Assembly (NCBI GenBank): GCA_000934665.2
Contig: KZ538297.1
Location: forward strand, 62,001-85,531
Reading direction: 5' to 3'
Length of the DNA stretch: 23,531 nucleotides
From: Catajapyx aquilonaris
Lineage: Eukaryota
Positions within the stretch are counted from its first letter, which is position 1, and the number at the start of each line of letters is the position of its first letter. The notes under the pieces were generated by a model. It had not been told where the DNA came from, did no database searches, and saw only the letters and a list, made by a program, of their open reading frames with translations. Positions 10,601 through 20,488 of the stretch are shown in pieces. Made by a program: the position numbers and the translations under genes.

Positions 10601-13287
10601 CACCCGAATGTATATTGTGCACGACGGTCATGCAGAGGTCAATGTCAACCCGGTCATCATTAAAGCTCTGGTGGTACAACTCCAGCAGCTCCTTCTCTTC
10701 CGGAGTCAACTCCTTGTCCTCATCAACTAGCTCCTGGGTGCTCGGACACAGGTCAAGGGAACGCCTGGAAACAACCTCATGAGTAATCCACATGTTACGG
10801 AAACGCCAGTTGCACTTACATGTACGCTTGAATGAGCAGCAAAGCCTCCTCTTGGCCTGTATGTTTCGCCCAATCAAGAACCGTCCAGCCGTTGGATGCC
10901 CTGATTGTGGTGCTGGCTCCAAGACTGAGGAGATGCTCCACCGTGGGCAAGTTGCCCCGACCCGCAGCCACCATCAGCCCAGTGGCGGAGGTGCTTCCGT
11001 GCTGGTAGTCCACGGACACATCGTAAGTCAGGATGAGGTGCAGCAGCTGGGAGAAGGCGTCCTCCGAGCCGGTCAGCCAAGCGTCCTCTATGCTGTGGTC
11101 CAGCTGTTCAACCAGCCACGGCTCCAGGTCAGTCTTTTCGGGGACAGGCTCCGAACTCTTACAGGCTCCCAATATCGGCTTTTCCGGTTTGCTACCCTTC
11201 CGTGCAACGATGGGTCGCGGAGGAGCCGCAACATTGGGGGTGCCGCTGGTCCACTCCTCAAGCTGCTTCTGTTGCCGCTTCGTCACCTCAGACTCAGACT
11301 GTGCCTTTTTCATCCCCTCACTCATGTACTTGGTCCTGAACAAAACATGCGATTAGCCAGTTGTCAACACTGCTCAAAACCGGACTTACTCTATGAAGAT
11401 GTCCTCCAAGAACTTCTCCTTCACTGGAAACATCCTGCCGGGTACGGTGACTAGCGGACACCCATGAAAATATCGGGTGAACAAATCAGTGTCCAGCGTT
11501 GCGGACATGAGCACAAGACGCAAGGCTCTGAACTTTGGTAGCTGGTCCCTCAGAACCGAAAGAAGGAAGTCGGCCTGCTTGTTCCGCTCGTGCACCTCGT
11601 CCACCAAAATGTGGGTCATGGACGCCAACACGTTTCCCGCCCCACTGTTGTCGCACCCGCCCATCAGAGTACGCAGCAGGACACCATGAGTGCAATACGT
11701 CAGGAGCGTCCGAGGCGACACGCGACTCTCCAGGCGAATCTGGTAGCCGACAGTGTGACCCACTTTCTCGTCACGTTCCGCAGCAACCCTGTCGGACAAG
11801 CTTAGTGCTGCCAACCTCCGTGGCTGGGTGCAGACAATACGACACGGCCGCTTCTGCTCTTCGCACTGCTCCAATATAAACTGTCCAACCTGCACAAAAC
11901 AACAAGGATAAAAACCGGTGGTCCAAAGTTACGTCAATTACTCACCTGTGTTGTCTTCCCGGACCCAGTTTCGCCCGTAATCATCGTGACAGTGTTTGAA
12001 CCAATCTGCGCCAAAATCTCCTCTCTGAAGGGCCATATCGGAAGCGACTCACGGAACTGCTGAAGATCTAAGTTGCGTCCGCGTTTGGGAGGAATCTGAG
12101 GAACGCCTGAAGTCAATCGGCCCATGACACGACCCGATTCCTTCGCTGACGAGGGCAGAAAAACTTGGGGAGGGCAAAAACCAAGGACAGCATAATTATC
12201 ACAAAATAAATATCAAAAAAATCAGCTGCAATAATCAGGTTATGTCAATGGCTAAACCATAAACCATTAAAAGAGCATCAATACTGATGCCATGGAGCAA
12301 CAATTATTTAAATCTCTTGTAATGCTTTTTTGTAACTTTGTAGCAATAAAAAGCATTAACAAGAGCATAAAAAATGCTGCTGATGTTTCAATGCTCTTGA
12401 AAATGCTTCTTTGTTGTTAAAAAGCATTACAAGAGCATTAAAAGAGTATTACAGTAGTGAAGCGCATTTAATTTTTTTAATGTGCTTGTAATGTTTTTTT
12501 CTTGCTAAAAGGCAACGGAAAAAGCATTACAAGAGCATTAAAAATTGATATTCAATGGGAGACTCCTCAGTGATGCGCTTGTAATGCTTTTCTGATGTTG
12601 AAAAGTAACAAAAACGCTTCATAAGATTAGAAAAGCTGCAATTAAACATTGTGAAGCTCCTTTTCAAGCTTCGGTTTCAATGCATCGGACGTGTACCTTC
12701 TATGCCAAGAGTTCGGTCACGTTCCGTAAGAGGCAGCAAGTCCTGCTTCTCTTTGCTAGTGACCGGAAATTTCTGCAGCAGCGTGCATATCTGATGCCTG
12801 GCTTGTCTAGACAGCTGTATCACCGAGTCCGACTGAACTATAGTCGATCCATCACGCTTGTACACAGTCAGGAAGCGACTTGATCCTTTGCTAAAAAAAC
12901 AGATGGAAAAGTTTAGCAACGATTTCCGCTACGTGAACATCAACGACCAGGAGCGAATCATGCGACGACACCACAACACCAAGCAACTAACTCTACGAGA
13001 ACATGCAATCTGGCCACATTCAGGGGGACTTGCCCACGACTCTTAGACTTGAGCCCCAACTCAGCGGCCAGAGCGTGAATATAAGCCCGCTCTTCAGAGG
13101 TCAGCGACGACGGAAACTCCAGCTCTGAAAGCACAGAATGCGTTAGTCTCAACAACAGTACAACACTAGCGAACAAACCTTTCTTGTCCTCATTGGCCTG
13201 GAAGTCCTTTATGGCCAAATGCAATGCAATCCTCAGCTCCTCACCGATACAAGGCTTCTTCCTCCACTTGCCATTTTTCCGGGGCAT
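7698..13287 (-). CDS. YTHDC2: YTH domain-containing 3'-5' RNA helicase YTHDC2 orthologue (R3H, DExH helicase with ankyrin insert, HA2/OB, YTH), 14 exons, ~1421 aa
   Basis: Hand-spliced exons: 13287-13179, 13124-13034, 12890-12697, 12145-11946, 11889-11390, 11335-10820, 10764-10329, 10271-9690, 9630-9359, 9300-9011, 8954(or 8951)-8764, 8696-8358, 8301-8107, 8048-7698. Total 4266 nt, in frame, ending in TAG. Motifs: R3H ([17 protein letters not shown]), Walker [29 protein letters not shown], ankyrin repeats ([10 protein letters not shown]...NGWTVLDWA), [25 protein letters not shown]2/OB region, YTH (RYFVIKAS...[12 protein letters not shown]...[15 protein letters not shown]). All introns are GT-AG except intron 2 (GC-AG). 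Confidence 0.96.
12265..12600. repeat. Alternating direct/inverted ~20-bp repeat cluster (MITE/foldback-like) in YTHDC2 intron 3
   Basis: aaagcattacaagagcatta at 12421 and 12521, with a variant near 12350. These interleave with the reverse complement cttgtaatg(c/t)tttt near 12316, 12486 and 12578. This intron is 551 bp whereas most others are 54-67 bp. Confidence 0.7.
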
Positions 13288-13829
13288 CTTTTTAAGCTTA
13301 GGGCAACAGCAAAAAAGAACGAGGCCAGCAGTACAATGGTTGTGTGTATATAAATGGCTAACAACACTGTGGGTTAGTCTGATCTGTGTTTTATAGTGTT
13401 TCTACACCGCTTGTGGTTAGTTGAAGTCTATCGGGAATGAGCACCATTAATTACCGGATCAGGAAGACCAGGAATCGTCCACAAAATGACAGGAAAACTG
13501 ATATAGAAACGAAATGGAATTGTTCGAAAAAATAAATAAAAAAAAAGATGGCCGTCTGACCTGTGGGTGCGTTCATAAACCCGAACATGGAGGAATGCAC
13601 ATTTTTTTTCTCTTCAAAACCTGCAATTGTGATGCTGATTTATATTTACATAATATTATTTATGGTATTATGGGGGGAAAAGTACTGAATTATTTTATAC
13701 TATAGCCGGTAAGCTGCCCCCCCCGGAAATTACTGAAAAATGTGGTGCGTTCAGTCGCGATTCGAACAGCATGGCGCCCACGCTCAGATTTCCTTTAGTT
13801 GCTGCTCCGATGGCAGCCACGTCGATTTT

Positions 13830-14030
13830 GTCGGTACTGGATGGCGCCGTGTTCTCTCGTCCTGTGAGCCTTCAGCTAGATTGGATTGCAGACCTGCAGA
13901 AGGTACTTGGAGTAATCTGCGGCCCACTGCAAGGCATGGAGGAGTTGCGTCTTGAGGCGGTGCGAAAAGGTGGACCTGGGGCAGATGAAACAACCTGTTC
14001 CCCCAAATTGAGCAGTCTTGTAATGCTTCC
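13830..14030 (+). pseudogene. Internal fragment of a paralogue of the LRR gene (matches ~21376-21570), with indels
   Basis: gtcggtactggatggcgccgtgttc is identical at 13830 and 21376. SVLDGAVFSRPVSLQLDWIADLQKVLGVICGPLQGMEEL aligns to SVLDGAVFARLESLRLDWV-DVQKLLGLINGPLQGMQEL. DNA similarity continues (caacctgttccc-aa-ttgagcag) after the reading frame shifts. Confidence 0.85.
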
Positions 14031-15105
14031 CATGGTGCACATAAATGTCTAGCGGAAATTCCACCCGAGACGAAGCCAGAGACGACCCAACTCTGCAACG
14101 AGGTTCCACTATAGAATAATTGAACTCGTTTAAGTTTGCGAATGATTTGACTCAAAATTGGGCATTGTAAAAAAAAAAAAAAAAAAAGGATGTCTTCCAG
14201 CTGGATTGATTTTGGAGGTTATTCATTATACTTCATGAAACTGTTTTTGAATGTCCTTTTATAGTGATGAAAACCTGGTCTCGAAAAATATTGACAATTT
14301 GCAATTTTTGCATTTGAAATTGCCATGGCACGCACTGTATAGGAACCTTCCAGAATTCGCAATTTAATTTTTCAGACAACTGTACGACGATTGCCATTTT
14401 GTTGGCCTGAAATATAATTGGCCATTGTCTGAAAAATTGAGAATAATAATTTTGGAAGGTGCCTGTCGTGTGGAATTTTAAATGCAGAAATGGCAACATT
14501 CTCGACTCTTTCAAGCCCAGGTTTTCGCTACTCCACGGGCGTATCATTTAAAAACAGTTTCACTTCATGTATGAAAATTTATCTTGTCACACGGCACAAT
14601 CGATCCTGTAATGCATCCATGTGACCGATTAATAATTTTAAATCCTGATTCTTCAAACTCAGCCAATAAATAATAACAATAAGGGAGAATATTTTGAGGG
14701 AAATCTTAACTGCTTAGAGAACCTAAACTCATTCTATAGTTTATTATAGTGACTTGTTTCCTGACATTTACTGGCATCGGGCGAGTACAGTGGTGACCTG
14801 ATTAATTGGTAAGCAATTTAAATAGCCACTATTAAGACACTGCTAAATTATAAGCAGCACTGGGAGGGAAAGCTGGGGAAAGGCCGGGTTCCACCACCAA
14901 TAGGATGGTCAGGGTCAAACCCTTACATTACCCTCCCTCTTTGAAAACCTCATTTACATACAAAAACAAATTACATCCCAACAATGACAATGGGGGGTAT
15001 AGAGTTAAGCCGGCAGTTATTAAGCCTGCGATTCTTCATGGTTGGTTCAGTGGGCTTGGGGCCATTTACGTTTAGGTCACGTTTCCATTAATCGCTCACG
15101 TTTAC

Positions 15106-15399
15106 ATGCAGATGCAGCAACAGCAGCCAGATGTGCATTGGACGACGGGCCTCGAGGGACCGAAAAAGAAGAGTGTGGTCGCCTCTTCCCTTCCCATCCC
15201 CGCCACCCCCGCTGAAATACCCGAATACAAGGAGCCGACGGCAGCTGCCTCGTCAAGCTCAAGGATACCACGCTACACGGCGGCCATAAGAGCAGCCTTT
15301 CTGGGCGACGACGGCCGGCCAGACTACCACCTGAAGCTCCACCGGAATGACCTGATCGGCTACGCTGTAGTTGCGGAGTGTTACCATTTAGTACTGTAA
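15106..15399 (+). other. GC-rich 97-codon ORF or isolated exon of unknown origin
   Basis: GC-rich island in AT-rich surroundings, preceded by an acceptor-like tttacatgcag. No family recognised. Confidence 0.2.
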
Positions 15400-15449
15400 C
15401 AGATTTTTGCACAACAATTTATTATTGAGAAGTTGCAGTTGCATTAACT

Positions 15450-15783
15450 CAGTGGTACTTAAACTTTTTTGCTGTCACACCTCCCCTTGGGAAAAATCTT
15501 ATATATGACCGACACCTCCCACGTTTCCGGCCTTATTGATGAGGACGGAAGTTACTAATACTTTGTTTGTTGCATATAGTTCTCCATCCCTGGGCATTCC
15601 TAGTATTCCGCCTTGTACCGGCGGAGAGCGAAGTGAAAAAATTAACAGGAAACTGATGGTGGTGGCATAAAAATAATAAATAAAATAAATAAAAATAGTT
15701 TTGTAACAGCTCACACGTACCTCCCCTGGAGGCTGCCTACACCTCCCCAGGTGAGGTGTACCCAGAGTTTAAGAACCCGGCTG
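15450..15783. mobile_element. Non-autonomous hAT-type MITE, 334 bp, with 8-bp target-site duplication
   Basis: Perfect direct repeat cattaact at 15442-15449 and 15784-15791. Imperfect TIRs cagtggtacttaaact ... agtttaagaacccggctg. Subterminal acacctccc motifs near 15478, 15512 and 15739. No coding capacity. Confidence 0.8.
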
Positions 15784-15853
15784 CATTAACTGAAACATAA
15801 ATAGAACTTAGGATGGAAATCGCGTATTGCGATCAAATGAACAGCAATATGAC

Positions 15854-16185
15854 AGAGACTACCAAAGTCAACAATCTGTGGCAAAAAAAAAATAATAAAT
15901 CATCAAGGTCAGGCTTCGGACGGCTGATGGGGTTGTACTATTTAATCAAACGGTTAGTTAAGTTACGACCACTTTGAATTATATAATATTATAGATTGCA
16001 ACACATATTTTGTTGTTACGCATGCAATCGGTCGCAATCTCATTGCTCGTCCTCTCATGGCACCAATAATGCATTCAGTGACATTGTTCAAACCGGCTTC
16101 ATGCGAAGGTGAATGGCAAAATGATTGTGATCCATGACTGTTGTTGTGTCGAGGCAGTTTCGTAATGTTTCACTCTTCCTGTTAG
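15854..16185 (+). repeat. Diverged duplicate of 20044-20396 (LRR gene upstream segment)
   Basis: Shared colinear blocks: agagactaccaaagtcaacaa, caggcttcggac, tgttgttacgcat, caatcggtcgcaatct, aatgcattcag, tgaatggcaaaatgattgtgatccatgactgttgt. Confidence 0.92.
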
Positions 16186-16283
16186 GCCTTGAGCGAGAAT
16201 CATACTCGTTGCCGAGAAGCTCTTTGTGAAGACAACAAGCTGCGAAAATGATGAGTTAACAACTTTCCCTTCCTTCCCGGCAG

Positions 16284-16396
16284 GTGACGTCGTGAAGGGA
16301 AAGATCAGCTGCGGCCCGAAGCGTTTGGACAAGAGATCTCCCGAGGTCAAACTCAGCATCGATGATGGACCAGAGGTGGTCTACTTTGTGCACTGA
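16284..16396 (+). pseudogene. Orphan 3'-terminal exon resembling the C-terminus of a type I protein arginine methyltransferase (PRMT3-like)
   Basis: Strong acceptor ctttcccttccttcccggcag, then a phase-1 exon reading (G)DVVKGKISCGPKRLDKRSPEVKLSIDDGPEVVYFVH*, then AATAAA at 16423-16428. The peptide resembles the last beta-strands of PRMT3 from memory. No upstream PRMT exons were found on this strand. Confidence 0.5.
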
Positions 16397-16658
16397 GCAC
16401 TATGCAAAAGAAAATCACCAGCAATAAACCATCATCCCAGGTTTTTTATATATATAAAATAACGGCTCTCTTATTTATCCCGCTGAACTTGCCAAACAAA
16501 TGGGTGTAGATTAATTTATTGATATAAGTACATGGAAGATGAGCCTAATTCGCAATTAAACTGTACCTTAGGTAATGTAGTTGTCACTTAAAATTCTGTA
16601 GGCGTATTACGGGCAAAGGTCGATTGTTCGGCAGACGCTTGTCAGCAATTGCGGCCTT

Positions 16659-19616
16659 TCAGTAATAGAGCAGCCGTTTCTTAAATTCGTGAATGTCCAT
16701 GATGAACATGTGCGTCCGGGCCTCCTCGGGATTGTCTGCCTCGAGGAACTCCAACGCCAACATCGAACCTGTAAGAGCACTTGGCGCTGTACACTGACGG
16801 TTTCCTGAATCGCAAGCCGCGCACTTACTCGGACGGTGCGGCAGGAGTATTCCGGACGAACTCCTCTTCCGGGAGCAGCACGGAGCCAGGAGATGTGTGC
16901 TGCTGGAGGCCTGGCAGAAGCTGCAGTGGAACGGACGCGGCAGGCACTTCTCCAGCTGAGAGACACCGACAACCTGCAGTCAAATGTACTTAGCAATGTT
17001 AACACGTTACGCGCACAATCGAGTACCTGCACGCTTATCTTCCTCGGCATCTCCTCGTGACTCCCCAAGAAGTACTTCCGTCCCCACGTCGCAAGCACTT
17101 CAGGGCTCGCAGCCGTCCAGTACTGCCTCTTGGGAAGGAAACGGATGCTAAAATTCAGATCGGACAACACGCGAGAAGAAAGTTGCGCTTACTGCTTTCT
17201 TCATATTGGCCCTGGGGAGTTTGCTAGAGAAAAGATTAGGCGCCGCCTTCACCACCAGATCTCGTATGTAATCCAGCTTTCCCTTGGGCATGTGCTCCAG
17301 CTCCTGTACGAAGCAGGTGAGAAGCTCCGTGATGTTGCGGTCAATCTCGGAAGTGGTGAACCACGCTGATGGCGTCTTCACGTACGCGACCAGCGCCAGA
17401 ATCCCTTCCTCGTTCGTAATGTTGAACTCCAGTTCGTACCCGACGAGACGCTGCGTGCGGAGGATCCCGAAGTCCAGGAAGGACAGGGCTGTCTGATACG
17501 GCGAAACGGTGAGCCACATTGAAACTAACTTGCAAAAGAGGCGACGCTTACCTGGAACGTCATGAGGAGCAGGTACTTGATGTGCGTGAAGTATCCGACC
17601 TGGTAGTAGTTCAGCACCACGGAGTTCTGGTCGGAGGGGTTGACGTTCCGCAGCCTGCAGATGCTGGTTCCTCGCGGTATTAAAGCCACTACGCCTGAAG
17701 TCTGCAATTAGATTTTTTTGTATGAGCTTCAAACCAAAGCACTTGAAGCAAATGTGCGGAACCTTGGGAACCAACAGCTTCGTGCACTGGAACTGCTCCT
17801 GGACCAGTCCGCTCATCATCACCTTCTGCTCCTCAGTCACCGGCCCAAAATATTCGGTCTTTACGGAAAACTTGCCGTCGAAGCAGCTGGCGAACTTGTC
17901 CAGCGTCAGGTCCTGGAGGGCCAGGACCTTGTCCAGCGGCGTCCAAGTCTGGCGCATGATTAGGCGGAGGAGAATGTTCCTTGTGAAAAAGAGGGTTGTG
18001 AAAATTAAGAAGCGTTTGAATATTAACGAGGCATTTTCACTGCAGGAAACGTACGTCGCCAGATCCTTCTCCAGACCCAACTTCGTGTGGTAGTCCTTCA
18101 GCACGCATTCCTTTGCGACCTGGAACTCCGCCTGAGCCACGCTTTGAGCAAAGTCCCTCAGGTGGAACGACAGGATGGCGACGAGCAACTGCGGGTCACG
18201 CGGAAAAGCCGGTGAAGGCTCGGTATTCAACTTAAATCAAAGCGGGGCTCACCGGCAAACCTACGCAGAACCCTCCGCAGCTGATGAGGAAGGAATCGTC
18301 CGAGGTGAACTGCAAGTACAGGAATTTTACTGCATCATTGGTTGGTTTGGAATGTTGCGAGGCCTCACTTCATCCGTTTTGGTGACTCCGGATATCCGGT
18401 AGCACCGACAGAACAATGGCTTCAGGAATGGAAACGGATCCGGATCATCGTCAGGCGTTCTGAATCTAGACGAAGGAGGAACGTATCTGAAGGCTTTCGT
18501 CAGCATTTCTTCCTGCTGGTCCAACGGAATGGGAGCGACCAGGGCTACCGTCATTCGAGATCCGACGTAGTACGTACTAATGAACTTTGTGGTCGCTTTT
18601 AGCAGGTTCGCATCGTTACCCAAGGACTCCATGTTTCCCCAAGTGAATCTGTGTCTCGGATGGTCACGTTTGGCAGCCGACCTTAAGAGATGCTGCATTT
18701 TAACCTCTTCCGTCGGCTTCTTCAGAACAAACTCTGCCAAAAGTAGTATTCTATATCATTAACATCAGAGGCTAAGAATGACAGTGTGGACACATTTTTT
18801 GCTCACTAAAAATGTACTGTCGAATATGCAAGGAAATAATAATTGAATAATTGAATAATGCGTTCTCTAAATTTCCGTACCGCGACTAACAATCCTTCTC
18901 TCTCCCGTCACGTATACGTATACGTAGTACATGTGAAGCACATGTACATGTGCACAAGTACATGTGAAGTACATGTGAAGCATCGGCGCTCGAAGCATGT
19001 CGACTACACGATCAAGCGCTTCCTCAAGTCCTTGGGGTTCCACTTTAAAATAATAATTAACGAATTCGTACTCCGTGTTTGCATTGCTTGAGCCTCCATT
19101 TGCCTGCAATTTTTGTTACGACTTGGAGTTAATAGCCGATTTTTAATTATTTTCAAGCGGCCGACAGCTCACCTTCAAGAAACGATCCAGCCCATCAGTT
19201 TTCGGATACGCAGCGCTTCCCATGAACACAAGATGTTCGACCAAGTGAGCCAGACCGGGATAGTCGTCCGGATCATAAAAGTTGCCGGCCCGAATGGTTA
19301 TGCTCATTACAGCCAACTGCGCAAGAAAATATAAGTAATTAGTGAACGATCCGCACGTATTTTTTAGTGCGGTTTGCTATACCGGATTACTAAAGCTTTC
19401 GCACAAGGACACTGCTGCCTCGCAAGGTAGAATTAGATTCCTGCAACAAATTTTTGAAATTTGTGATTGACATTGCGCTACGTTTAATTATAGAGAATTA
19501 TTATTCTGCCGAATACTTCTTTACCTGTATTTGTTGTCGTCGTAAATTGATAGTACGGGGGACTTGTAATAGCCAGGTCTCCTCCCTAAAAATGGTTTGT
19601 CATCATCCACACCCAT
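16659..19616 (-). CDS. Divergent, internally shortened nardilysin/insulysin-like M16A zinc metallopeptidase, 13 exons, ~698 aa
   Basis: Hand-spliced exons: 19616-19525, 19440-19383, 19316-19173, 19103-18881, 18733-18369, 18309-18253, 18188-18055, 17979-17763, 17701-17552, 17492-17193, 17128-17027, 16973-16829, 16768-16659. Total 2097 nt with no internal stop and all GT-AG introns. Motifs: YDPDDYPGLAHLVEHLVFMGS (HxxEH), NGGSSNANT, EALDR, HPRHRFTWGNMESL, NSVVLNYYQVG, ILRTQRLVGY, RKISVQVVG, DIHEFKKRL. FMGS, FxWGN and SVxVVG resemble nardilysin more than IDE. Boundaries of exons 6, 7 and 11 are less certain. AATAAA on the minus strand at 16515-16520. Confidence 0.85.
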
Positions 19617-19945
19617 ATTTGTAATGAGATGTACTTAAGAAAAAAAATTTGTCCGCTAATTTTGATTAAGTTAATTCTAGAAATGATAAATCCATGGTTT
19701 CCAATGGTGCACATTGTTGGAAGTTGACATTTTTGTTGAGGTCAATTTTCAGCTTCGATTGTTGGGATGCAGTGCGTCTGGTACATGGCACCATCAACTT
19801 ATATCCCTTTTTATCTCCCCTATATATGGACCACTCGATTTTATTCAAACAAACGGAAACTTTCACCAAAATCCCTAGTTTACGAATGGCAAACTTTTTT
19901 TTCATTCTCATCCCAGTGTCCTGCCTGTTTGGATTATTTCTATAA

Positions 19946-19991
19946 GACAACGTCAAAGAGCTTAAAAGAGTATAAGCTCTTTGGACAACGT
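19946..19991. mobile_element. 30-bp DNA-transposon remnant/excision footprint (TIR ends only) flanked by 8-bp TSD
   Basis: gacaacgt (19946-19953) + caaagagctta-aaagagta-taagctctttg (19954-19983, perfect 11-bp inverted ends) + gacaacgt (19984-19991). The paralogous segment at 23231 has a single gacaacgt and no insert. Confidence 0.8.
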
Positions 19992-20396
19992 CATGAATAT
20001 TAATTGCACGACGCACGGAAATAATTGTTATAAAGTGTTGCTAAGAGACTACCAAAGTCAACAACAATCTGTTGCAAAAAAAAAAATTATCACGGGCAGG
20101 CTTCGGACTGATGGGCTTGTAGAGTGTTTCATCTTATGTAAGTTTATAGTTATCCACCTTATTTATATTAAACGGAACTGAATATTATTATATAATTTTA
20201 TATCGCAACACATTCTGTTGTTACGCATATACAATCGGTCGCAATCTTATGACCCCTATCACGGCACCAAAATGCATTCAGGGACATTGTTGAAACCGGT
20301 TTCATGCGAAAATGAATGGCAAAATGATTGTGATCCATGACTGTTGTGTACATAGAGACAGTTTTATTGTAAAGTCTTACTCTTCATATGTTATAG
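19984..20396 (+). promoter_or_regulatory. Putative promoter/5'-UTR exon and 5'-UTR intron (20138-20396) of the LRR gene; reference copy of a locally triplicated segment
   Basis: Donor-like gtaagt at 20138 and acceptor-like ttactcttcatatgttatag ending at 20396, 92 nt before the ATG. Donor-like sites recur in both paralogous copies, and the acceptor-like site recurs in the 15854 copy. Confidence 0.5.
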
Positions 20397-20488
20397 ATTC
20401 AAGTTTGAAGGGCCATCATAGTCACAAAAGATTTGCTCTTCAAGATGTTCAAGCCACATTGGCGTGAATTGACATACTCTGTGGAGCC

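Noticed and set aside
7701..11879. Plus-strand ORFs such as 10792-11454 (220 aa)
   Set aside because: Antisense shadows of GC-rich YTHDC2 exons with no recognisable motifs.
14787..15085. Tc1/pogo-like MITE starting tacagtggtgacc
   Set aside because: No adequate matching inverted terminus was found.
16607..17170. 187-aa ORF as a separate gene
   Set aside because: Only 17128-17027 is in the peptidase frame. The conserved C-terminus (VVG...DIHEFKKRL) is in another frame after an intron.
17148..18230. 360-aa ORF as a single CDS
   Set aside because: It reads through introns and is out of the true frame over 17701-17552. The spliced model recovers the conserved NSVVLNYYQVG block.
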